Of a DNA stretch of 64,000 nucleotides, positions 20,201 through 29,961 are shown one piece after another. The stretch is from an uncultured Pseudomonadota bacterium (lineage in GTDB: Bacteria > Pseudomonadota > Gammaproteobacteria > CAJXQU01): NCBI GenBank assembly GCA_913058255.1, contig CAJXQU010000008.1, positions 32,479-96,478 on the forward strand, written 5' to 3'. The stretch's first letter is position 1; each line of letters starts with the position of its first letter. The position numbers and the translations under genes were made by a program. Below the pieces are notes generated by a model. The model made no database searches and was not told where the DNA came from. It saw only the letters and a program-made list of their open reading frames with translations.

Positions 20201-21219
20201 CATAACACTTTATGCTGCTCTTTTTGTAAATCCAACCCGTGGTATATAGCCGAGTAAACTGTGAGCTCTGACATTGTTGTAATACTCGCGCCATTGGCCG
20301 ATTTCAACCCTAGCTTCTTCCAATGTTCTAAACCAATGTTGATGTCAGACATTCATTTCTAAACTTTCCATTAAGACTTTCAACAAACGCGTTCTGTGTC
20401 GGCTTTCCTGGCTGAATAAACCCAAGTTTTACTTATCGTTCTTTGCTCCAAAAGAACATCGCTTTGCTGGTGTATTCTGCGCCGTTGTCACACGTGATCG
20501 TATGAGGTGATTGTCGTTGTTCACTAATCGGCTCAAGGAGTCGAGCGACTTGCAGTCCTGTGATCGAAACAAAAACTAGTTTCCCCATCATTTCTTTGGT
20601 ATAAACATCGACAATATTCAGCACACGAAAACGCCTGCTGTACTAAGCTGATCGGAGACAAGTCCATCCACCAGCGTTCATTATCAGACGTTGGCAGAGC
20701 CATCGTTTGTCTGGGACGTTGCAAGTTTCTTTCGCTTTTTTGCACGCACTTGAAGCCCTACATCGGTATAAAATCGACAAGCTCGTTTCTTGTTGATGAC
20801 TAAACCTTCAATAATCCGTGTAATATCAAGTAACCGTAATGTGAATAATTAACGACTAGGACTTTCAGGCACGCTCTGAGCACCTGTTCATCTTTACCTT
20901 TCACTTTGTAACGATAATCTCAGCTAACCAACAGGCCATGCGCTCACTTGATATGATAATGTTCTATCAAGTGATGCACGATCGGCTTTACCTTATTTTT
21001 GAAAGCGCATCCTTCATGCCTTCGACTTCCAATAACTTGTCAGGCAACAATCTTTTCAGTTTATTGTTCTCAGGCTCCAATTCACGCAGACGCTTAGCTT
21101 CGTTCGCTTCCAGCCCTGCATATTTACTACGCCCAGTTATAAAAAGTACCTATATAAATACCCTGTTCACGACAGATGTCCTCGACCTTTATCCCTGATT
21201 TATTTTGCTTGATCTTTAA
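20200..21219 (-). mobile_element. IS3-family (IS407/IS2-like) element 'A', degenerate, inserted in X
   Basis: Minus strand shows an OrfA trace GIKVEDICREQGIYIGTFYNWA..AERLRELEPENNKLKRLL. OrfB traces are PTSDNERWWMDL, RFRVLNIVDVYTKEMMGKL...ITCDNGAEYTSKAMFFW, FIQPGKPTQNAFVES.NGKFRNECL and WREYYNNVRAHSLLGY. Multiple stops and frameshifts. The 5' end is cut by element C. Confidence 0.65.
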
Positions 21220-22467
<1,248 letters not shown>

Positions 22468-22711
22468 CTACAAATGTCGTTCCTAACTGCTCTGACTCTA
22501 CTTTGGCTTTACCAGCTATAGAATAAGTTTATCCGCCATACCTCATGATTTAAATGCTTTTAAGGCGGTATAGCCTTGCCCTAATATTAAGGCGACAGCC
22601 TCTTCTTTAAATGACGTACTGTACTTTTTTGGTTCACTTTTGGCTCGTTATGACACCTCTTGCTTTGAAACCTATTATCTCAAATTAAAAGTGTCCTGTT
22701 GTAGTAGACCA
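22468..22711 (-). mobile_element. IS3-family element 'X', 5' part (left terminal repeat plus OrfA N-terminal fragment)
   Basis: The minus strand starts with TGGTCTACTACAACAGGACAC and then reads KKYSTSFKEEAVALILGQGYTALKAFKS*GMADKLIL*LVKPK, the IS3 OrfA HTH pattern, interrupted by stops. Confidence 0.5.
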
Positions 22712-23165
22712 GATCACGTACCTTGAGTGTACAAAAATAGAATTTTATCATCCATAGAACTAAAACGATGTTAGTATTTTTTGACCTACCGAGGCTCAAA
22801 ACTACCTGCTCGGTCATGTGAAGTCTTAAGTTCAAACTAGCCTTCTTCGATTTGTAAGCTCTTCCGGCTGGCGGGTGGTGCCGTTACAGTTATTCTTTTT
22901 ATAATCAGGTTATTCATGCTTGGAAAAAGCAAGGTGGCCTTCCCGTTCAGCGTTTAGTGCTGCTTCAACGGTGATCTTCTCAGTATCTGTCGAAGCACAC
23001 TCAGCTCTACTTCAAAGTTTATGTTTTTAGCCACAGTTTCTGCAATAGCTTGCAGCTCATCTACTACCTACTCTCTCCTTTATTCAAGGGTCATGATAGA
23101 CAGTTTCACAATTTTATTTACGGCCTCTACTAGCACTGCTTCGGGAGAAGCCAGTTTAACCTGCT
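22712..23165 (-). pseudogene. IS256-family transposase, N-terminal fragment
   Basis: Minus strand reads ...ITVEAALNAEREGHLAFSKHE.PDYKKNNCNGTT... and MDDKILFLYTQGT, matching the IS256-family pattern LEAEL..HLGYEKHE....GN.RNG...PRDR.G.FEP...FDDKILSLYARGM. Several stops. Truncated at 22712 by element X. Confidence 0.6.
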
Positions 23166-23464
23166 TAATTTCTTAAAAGCCTTATTTGATATAATCATAT
23201 TATGTGAAATTTTCACTCCACATAATATGATTTCAACATGATTCTACTTCCATACTTATAGTATTAAAATCTATATTATCTCTATGAATGTCATTCTGCC
23301 TACAATCTGCCTTATTTGCTTTAAGAAGATTTTTCATAAGATCTATACCAACATCTTAAGAAGAATATGCCATCATCGAGGTAAATAAGAATGACTTAAT
23401 CCAATTAATCAATGAGCATTTGAATGCCAATATTAACTTTTTTACTCAGCTTCAAATATAAAGC

Positions 23465-24160
23465 TCACGATTGAAAAGGTAATATTTTCAAACTTATAAT
23501 TACTAAAGATGATGAGTTAGTAATTCCTTTCTCTATAGGGTCGTCTGAAGATCGGTAAAATTTTGATTTAACGATAATCCTTTTATCATCAATTGTTTTG
23601 CTACAAACCTGATCTATATAAACAGGACCAATTGCCTTATGCTTTCCCTGATCTGCTTCTGTTTCGTCTATACATTCCCACTGCGAACTACCATAACGTT
23701 TTTTTATGTTAGCTGACAAAAGATAGGCTTGTCTTTTGCTAAACGGAGAAGCATTTGGATCTGTATAAGCTTGCAGCCCTTGTATCACTCCCTCGTTATC
23801 TATCAAAACAGATAAATTAACTGGGTGTCCAGAAATTTTAGTACCGCTAAAACGTTCCCCTACCTCTGACCACTGATTATCTGAATGGTCATATTTTAAC
23901 CAAACCTGATAGATATTATGAGCATCAATAGAACACTCTAAAAACTCGCTTAGACTCTTAAGTTTCTTAGGAACCTTAGCAGGGCCTCCACAAGTAAAGT
24001 CTTTATAACGTTTTGCTGGCAATTCACTAACATGCATACCCAAGGATATATCACGAAGCTCTTTTGTTCTCTCAACAACAACTGCATCAGTAATATCTTT
24101 AGCGTAACTTCCTATTGAGAATGATAGAAGAACTGAAAGAAGAGGAATAATTAATTTCAT
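23465..24160 (-). CDS. Secreted hypothetical protein (231 aa), last gene of the PQQ-dehydrogenase operon
   Basis: Signal peptide MKLIIPLLSVLLSFSIGSYA/KD and five Cys residues. No motif I recognise. The 13-nt gap to the upstream cytochrome gene suggests co-transcription. Confidence 0.6.
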   Translation of the reverse strand: MKLIIPLLSVLLSFSIGSYAKDITDAVVVERTKELRDISLGMHVSELPAKRYKDFTCGGPAKVPKKLKSLSEFLECSIDAHNIYQVWLKYDHSDNQWSEVGERFSGTKISGHPVNLSVLIDNEGVIQGLQAYTDPNASPFSKRQAYLLSANIKKRYGSSQWECIDETEADQGKHKAIGPVYIDQVCSKTIDDKRIIVKSKFYRSSDDPIEKGITNSSSLVIISLKILPFQS

Positions 24161-24173
24161 TTTACAAGTCTCC

Positions 24174-25001
24174 TCACTCTCTTAAACTGTCACATTGACG
24201 TGATTTTTCGCCCCAATAAGCAGTGCACTGCTCCAAGCTAGGTTCTCCAGATCCTTTAATAACATTCACTACATAGTCAACAACAGCATCTAACTGTCTC
24301 TCACTAAGTAGTTTTCTAGCCCTAGGCGGTTTATCTTCACCAAACTCTTCTCCTGTTGTTTCGTAACAACTTACATCATCACCTTTGTAAACACTTCGTC
24401 CATGGAAAGGCATACCACTTGAAGGTCTACCACAACGAACAACTAGTTTAATTAATTCTGCATTCAAGACAGTTGTTCGCAATGACAAGGCTGCACCACC
24501 ATAACCACCGCCACCATCTCCATGCCATTTATGACATCCGACACAATTCGCTTGTTTATAAACTTTTTTACCTGCTGAGGTGAGTGCAGATTCTGTCTTC
24601 TTTTTTTCAACAATAACTCTAGCAAGAACATCTATCTTAAAAGAGGAGTCAGCACCTGTTACATCAGTAATCACTATAGACTCGTCATTGAAGATAGAAG
24701 GCATCACCTCCATGCCATCCTTTAGATTTTTTGCAATGATCTCATCGCCTTGTTTTAGAGAAAATCTTATTTTACTTTTATCTTCTGATTTCACATCCCA
24801 AACAAGTCTTATAGTTTCTTTGGGGTAAGTTATTGTAAATTTTTCACTACTTAATTGAGTTGATTCATTAACATCAACACTGATGATAAGTTTGTTTTCA
24901 AATTCAGGATTATTATGTGCGTGAAGTAAGGAAGGTATTAGTAACAAGGATATCGTTATTAACCTTATTACTGAAAAAGTATTAACAGTTATCTGTGACA
25001 T
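24174..25001 (-). CDS. Periplasmic c-type cytochrome with about 130-aa N-terminal beta-rich extension
   Basis: 275 aa. Signal peptide, single heme motif CVGCH followed by GDGGGGYGGAALSLR and GRPSSGMPFH, plus additional conserved-looking Cys residues downstream. It occupies the position of the dedicated electron acceptor (XoxG/cytochrome cL-like) after the dehydrogenase. Confidence 0.75.
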   Translation of the reverse strand: MSQITVNTFSVIRLITISLLLIPSLLHAHNNPEFENKLIISVDVNESTQLSSEKFTITYPKETIRLVWDVKSEDKSKIRFSLKQGDEIIAKNLKDGMEVMPSIFNDESIVITDVTGADSSFKIDVLARVIVEKKKTESALTSAGKKVYKQANCVGCHKWHGDGGGGYGGAALSLRTTVLNAELIKLVVRCGRPSSGMPFHGRSVYKGDDVSCYETTGEEFGEDKPPRARKLLSERQLDAVVDYVVNVIKGSGEPSLEQCTAYWGEKSRQCDSLRE

Positions 25002-25153
25002 ATTGTATTTTCCGTTTTTTCGTTGTTCTTATTTCTTTTACAAATTCAATATAATCATATTTATATGTATGAACAAAGTTAGAGCATGTTGAATTTTTTA
25101 TTACGTTATCTTAAGAAAGGAATCAGTTTTTTTCAAAAACCACCTTATAAAGA

Positions 25154-25183
25154 AATGCATAACCCTTTTCAAGGTTATGCATT
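25154..25183 (-). terminator. Intra-operon hairpin (attenuator or partial terminator) after the dehydrogenase gene
   Basis: 11-bp perfect stem AATGCATAACC-(8 nt)-GGTTATGCATT, 24 nt downstream of the stop at 25207. On the minus strand it is followed by TCTTTAT...GGTTTTTG. Confidence 0.45.
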
Positions 25184-25206
25184 CTATTATACTGCTAACT
25201 TACTAC

Positions 25207-26958
25207 TTATAGAGCAAAAACATATAGCGAAGAACCTGGCTCAAGTTTTTCCAGTCCTTTTGTGCTATCAACAAACCATTTAGGCCAAGCTCCGCCCAAA
25301 CCTACAAGGACAGCAACATATTGCTTGCCATCAACACTAAACGTCATTGGTGGTGCATTCAAACCGCCACCGACATTAAAGGTCCATAGCTCTTGTAATG
25401 TCTTACCATCCAATGCTGCTATAACGCCTTCTGGACGACTTGTAAAGACTAAATCACCACCTGTTGCAAGTGTTCCACCAAGGTTTGGATATTGCATAGC
25501 ATATTTTGCAACAACTTTACCTGTATCTGGATCGACAGCCTTAACACTACCAACAATTGGCTCATGCTGGCTAGGACCACCACCTGTCCACCATTCTCTA
25601 TGTTTATGAGTACCTTCGACCGTATCTTTAGCTGTCATTGTATTACAGCTTTCGATAACAGGGATATACCATAAGTGCAATTCAGGGTTATATGAAGTTG
25701 GTGGCCAGTTTTTACCACCCATATTACCTGGGCAAGAGATCCCTACCTTAGTCGCACGATTAGGTGCTGTGCCTTTTGCATAGAGTTGTACATCCGATTT
25801 AGGATCATAAGCTAAAGGTCGACCTGTTTTTGGATCAAGACCTGGAGTCCAAGTCATTTTATCAACGAAGGCTTCGCCCCAAACAAATTCACCTGTTGCG
25901 CGGTCAAGTGCATATGCATAACCATTTCGATCAGCATGCAACATAACCTTACGCTTTTTACCTTTGTACATGATATCTACAAGCGTATTTTCGTTTACAC
26001 CATCATAGTCGTACGGATCATTTGGAGTGTACTGATGGAACCACTTCAATTTACCAGTATCTGCATTCACAGCGACTGTACTGTTAGTGTAAAGATTGTC
26101 ACCTGGTCGATATTCAGGATCCCAATCAGGTCCAGGATTACCAACGCCCCAAAGGATCAAGTTAGTATCAGGATCATAAGAACCTACAACCCAAGTTGAA
26201 CCACCACCATTCTCCCATGCGTTATGGTCATCTTTCCAAGTTTCATGACCTTTTACACCTGGCTCGGCAATAGTTTTGAATCGCCAAACTTCTTTTTGAG
26301 TAGTCAGATCTGTTGCTGCCAACCAACCTCGAATACCATACTCAGCACCAGAAACACCTGTTATAGCCATATTTTTAACAATCAGTGGTGCTGCTGTAAT
26401 AGTTTCAGACACAGCTGGATCAGCTACTTGTCTTTCCCATACCTTCTCACCAGTTGTTTTGTTAGTAGCTATCAAACGTCCATCAAGAGTATGGGAAATG
26501 ACCTGGTCACCCCATAAAGCAATACCACGGTTATTAACACCGCAACAAGCTGTTGCTCCAGCCCAGTCTTTATCAACTTCTGGATCCATTTTCCACAATA
26601 AATCACCACCAGTCGGTGTAACTTTCAGAGCGTAGACTGCTCCCCAACCATCAGTAACATACATCATTCCATCTTCAACGATTGGAGTACCTTGTAGGCC
26701 ACCATGAGGCCAAATACCACCACCTTCGACGCCACCTAGTTGAAATGTCCAAGCAACATTAAGGTCTTTAACATTTTTCTTATTGATATTAGTCAATGGA
26801 GAAAATCTTTGTCCATCCAATGTTCTGTGATGAGACAACCAGTTTTGCGATTCACTATTTTTAAGCACTCTTTCCATAGTTACTTCAGCAGCTTGGCTTC
26901 CCGCACTTAACACCAATGCTGTAACAACAGTACAAGTTATTCTTTTTACATTAGACAT
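25207..26958 (-). CDS. xoxF: PQQ-dependent alcohol (methanol/ethanol family) dehydrogenase, lanthanide-type (XoxF/PedH-like) signature
   Basis: 583 aa. Signal peptide ...SAGSQA/AE. Vicinal disulfide ACCGVNNRG (Cys138-139). Eight-bladed propeller W-motifs. Active-site stretch NDPYDYDGVNE has Asp two residues after the catalytic Asp (D317-Y-D319, nt 26002-26010), the Ln-coordinating position that is Ala in MxaF. Confidence 0.88.
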   Translation of the reverse strand: MSNVKRITCTVVTALVLSAGSQAAEVTMERVLKNSESQNWLSHHRTLDGQRFSPLTNINKKNVKDLNVAWTFQLGGVEGGGIWPHGGLQGTPIVEDGMMYVTDGWGAVYALKVTPTGGDLLWKMDPEVDKDWAGATACCGVNNRGIALWGDQVISHTLDGRLIATNKTTGEKVWERQVADPAVSETITAAPLIVKNMAITGVSGAEYGIRGWLAATDLTTQKEVWRFKTIAEPGVKGHETWKDDHNAWENGGGSTWVVGSYDPDTNLILWGVGNPGPDWDPEYRPGDNLYTNSTVAVNADTGKLKWFHQYTPNDPYDYDGVNENTLVDIMYKGKKRKVMLHADRNGYAYALDRATGEFVWGEAFVDKMTWTPGLDPKTGRPLAYDPKSDVQLYAKGTAPNRATKVGISCPGNMGGKNWPPTSYNPELHLWYIPVIESCNTMTAKDTVEGTHKHREWWTGGGPSQHEPIVGSVKAVDPDTGKVVAKYAMQYPNLGGTLATGGDLVFTSRPEGVIAALDGKTLQELWTFNVGGGLNAPPMTFSVDGKQYVAVLVGLGGAWPKWFVDSTKGLEKLEPGSSLYVFAL

Positions 26959-27068
26959 TTTTTATGCCCCCTTGATTCGGGTTAATTAATTTATTATTTT
27001 GCATTGAATTTTTAATCACTAAAATTATTAAAGTCATATTTTATTAATTTAAAACTCCATAAACATTG

Positions 27069-27086
27069 TGCAATTAATACGCCAAA
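27069..27086 (-). promoter_or_regulatory. Sigma-54 (-24/-12) promoter of the PQQ-dehydrogenase operon
   Basis: The minus strand reads TTTGGCGTATTAATTGCA. This is TGGCGT-A-TTAA-TTGCA with exact GG-N10-GC spacing, about 100 nt upstream of the ATG at 26958. Confidence 0.6.
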
Positions 27087-27273
27087 CATAATTAAGATAC
27101 TTACATACCCTATAACCATTCATTAACCCACCATTCATTAATGCAAACAACCTTTTGTTTTAATAGCTATTAATAGACCGGATACAGCCTCTATATTAAT
27201 GATAAACAAAACACCTAGTTCATTAAACTATGAGTTAAAGGGAATTAAATAATGTATAGATTAAACAAACATG

Positions 27274-27300
27274 TGTCGCATTGATTTATCTTCTGCGACA
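27274..27300. promoter_or_regulatory. Candidate enhancer (UAS) palindrome TGTCGCA-N13-TGCGACA
   Basis: Perfect 7+7 inverted repeat about 200 bp upstream of the -24/-12 element, the typical distance for bEBP binding sites. Confidence 0.4.
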
Positions 27301-27611
27301 AATGAATTAATAGAGTATGTTAATTTACTATTAATCATAAGTTATCGTTATTTTGGGAAACAATAGAACTCGTTATGTAATGGGTAGGTGAGCACCAACA
27401 TTTGCTATTCACACTACCTTTTGCTTAAAGGAAAGGATTGTATGAAAAAACAACATGCATTCTATAAATTTGTATAATTATATAAATTTAAATAGCAGTC
27501 TAGAAATAAAATATTAATGATGATTTTTGAGCATATTATATTCTAAGAATAAGCGTTACATTTACAAAGTAATTATAGATACCAGAGTGAGTGACTTACA
27601 GGTTGTTGCCA

Positions 27612-29375
27612 CTAACAGCAATTACAGTATCTTTGATGCTTAGTTGTTTTTCCAATACCAGGGTTAAAAGTATTTGTAGGATCTAACTTTTGGTAAAAAT
27701 CTTTAAGCTCATTGGCAGCTTCATAAATATGCCCAACATTATGCTCGGCAGGATATTTAGCACCCTTATCATCAAACAGCTCCAACAATTGTTGTTTAAC
27801 TTCTTGCACACTCTCACCTTTTTTAACGAGATAATCCTGATGAAAAACATGACAGAAAAAATGTCCGTAATAAATAGGGCTAAATATCTTTGCCCGCAAG
27901 CTTTCGGGCAACTCTTCAACCCAATTAGTTTCATTCCTTTTTAGAGCAACATCTAGCGCCAGTATATCTTCAACTTTATCTTCATGCATTTGGTAATAAC
28001 GGATCGCTGCGCCAGCAACAGCAAAACGGTGCAACATAGCTTTTTCTTCTTCTTCTTTAGTACAGACAATATAGTGTCCAGAATTATTTTGGATGTCCTC
28101 GTTTGCATAAAACTTAGTTAAATACTGTGTTAATTCTTCGATACCATCATCACTCATTTTTATGATTAAGTGGTGAGCATACAATTTTTCCATCTCTAAT
28201 ATTCGTTGAGGCAAATGCTCTGGGAAAAGCGAACTAAGCCATTGCATGACTTTATCTGGAAAATCTTTAGGCATAAATGGCAGACGATTAAGTAATGTAT
28301 TTAAACGACCCCTAATCGCAAATAACTGCGGCATTCTGCGTGTACCCATAATGTTAATCGCTAAAAAAGTATCTTTACCATAAACTCGGGCTAAATTAAA
28401 AGCATCCCGATGAATGTACTCGCCTAAAACGGGCAAGTTTTTAAAGTTCTTAAGAACATGTCGTCTTATTTGGTTTAATTGGTTGGAGTCTTTTGTCCCT
28501 ATATAAAAAGTTTTACTTTTTTCAACACTTTTGAAAGTATCCAATCTAACAGCAAATACCGCCAACTTCCCTGCACAACCACTGCTCTCGAATAAACGCC
28601 TCGGATCTGCATTAAAACGTGCAGGAGAATCAGCATCAACATCTTTAACTCGTTTTTTATATTCAATGTCAGAAGCCATTGCATTATCATTCCAAACAAC
28701 ATCTGATAATGAAAAATTCTCATCCTGTAAATTGCTTAATATCTCTTCAGGCGTGTCTCCTAAAGAAATCCCCAAGTGATTAATTAGCTCTAAGTGGCCA
28801 TGTTCATTAACTTGAGCATATAAAGCTAACTCAGTATATGCAGGACCACGTTGAATAAGTGCACCCCCTGAATTATTAGCAACCCCTCCTATAACCGAGG
28901 CACCAATACACGACGAACCGATGACAGAATGAGGCTCACGTTGTAATGGTTTTAAAGCATTCTCGATTTGATATAACGTTGTGCCTGGAAAACTAATAAG
29001 TTGACGACCTTTCTTTTTTTCCTCAATTGTTTCTGTTTCCGCACCCAGTAATATCATCTGATCCATTTTACGAGTATTGATAACTATGACAGGTCGCTCA
29101 TAATCATAACCACTAGGGGTGGATCCTTCCGTTAGCCCTGTGTTAGCGGCTTGCATGATAATGATCGTTCGAGCTTCAACACAAACTTGTAATACACGCC
29201 AAAATTTCAGCAAATCATCAGGAAAAACAACCGCCGCAGCATCACCCTCTCCAGATCTAAACCCTGTTCTATAATGCTTTGTTTGTTCTAATGAAATAAG
29301 GATATTCCTTTTTCCAACAATATCCTCGAGAGTTAAAATAAATCCTGTATTTTCCATTTTTAAATTTTCAACCAA
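27612..29375 (-). CDS. dld: Quinone-dependent D-lactate dehydrogenase (FAD, membrane-associated)
   Basis: 587 aa. Collinear with E. coli Dld: YRTGFRSGEGDAAAVVFP, MQAANTGLTEGSTP, REPHSVIGSSCIGASVIGGVANNSGGALIQRGPAYTE. Confidence 0.9.
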   Translation of the reverse strand: MVENLKMENTGFILTLEDIVGKRNILISLEQTKHYRTGFRSGEGDAAAVVFPDDLLKFWRVLQVCVEARTIIIMQAANTGLTEGSTPSGYDYERPVIVINTRKMDQMILLGAETETIEEKKKGRQLISFPGTTLYQIENALKPLQREPHSVIGSSCIGASVIGGVANNSGGALIQRGPAYTELALYAQVNEHGHLELINHLGISLGDTPEEILSNLQDENFSLSDVVWNDNAMASDIEYKKRVKDVDADSPARFNADPRRLFESSGCAGKLAVFAVRLDTFKSVEKSKTFYIGTKDSNQLNQIRRHVLKNFKNLPVLGEYIHRDAFNLARVYGKDTFLAINIMGTRRMPQLFAIRGRLNTLLNRLPFMPKDFPDKVMQWLSSLFPEHLPQRILEMEKLYAHHLIIKMSDDGIEELTQYLTKFYANEDIQNNSGHYIVCTKEEEEKAMLHRFAVAGAAIRYYQMHEDKVEDILALDVALKRNETNWVEELPESLRAKIFSPIYYGHFFCHVFHQDYLVKKGESVQEVKQQLLELFDDKGAKYPAEHNVGHIYEAANELKDFYQKLDPTNTFNPGIGKTTKHQRYCNCC

Positions 29376-29866
29376 TTATTTTCTATAAAACAACTCATGA
29401 ACATTATATTCGCATAAAATACAAAACATGCATACAGATCATTCATAAACACATTGATTTTTTATAGTTAAAGCTAACCTGCCACGCTTTACCATGATTT
29501 TTAAAAAAACCTTACAAAACCATTACGATAAAATTTATAGATTTTTAAACACACTATTTGCATAAACTCAAAAGTTAACAATATGATTTTCATGGAGACT
29601 TTATTAAAACGGCTTATCATGTGAGCGCTAACAATTCATTGAAATCATTAAATTGGCGAATTCTCATTTATGCGACATTTTCATGAAACATTTGCACCTA
29701 TAACGACACAGAAATTAAAGCTACAAATTATTTATATTTTTACCAATAGCTAAACATTTCTAGATCTAAATACAATATTAATAATAACAAGCTCAACAAG
29801 TTATTTACTTAAGTAAATGTAATTAAACATTAATATATTTGTATCTCAAATAACGTTCTGAATTCC

Positions 29867-29883
29867 TTGGCATATTATTTGCT
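29867..29883 (+). promoter_or_regulatory. Sigma-54 (-24/-12) promoter of the aldehyde dehydrogenase / SoxYZ-like operon
   Basis: TTGGCATATTATTTGCT is TGGCAT-A-TTAT-TTGCT with exact GG-N10-GC spacing, about 80 nt upstream of the ATG at 29962 (RBS AGGAG at about 29947). It is nearly identical to the element at 27069-27086. Confidence 0.65.
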
Positions 29884-29961
29884 CCATTTGGGTTTAATAA
29901 TGCACAAGCTATAATAATTAAACATACTAATAAAAACATATCTCAAAGGAGTAGCTAAATT

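Noticed and set aside
25262-25609. 115-aa plus-strand ORF, with others at 25492-25674, 25936-26199 and 26224-26517
   Set aside because: These are shadow ORFs antisense to the PQQ dehydrogenase gene, with no RBS or motif support.
27389-27406. TGAGCACCAACATTTGCT resembling a -24/-12 promoter
   Set aside because: It has AG instead of GG at -24 and 11-nt rather than 10-nt spacing. It also points (plus strand) into the 3' end of dld, with no gene to drive.
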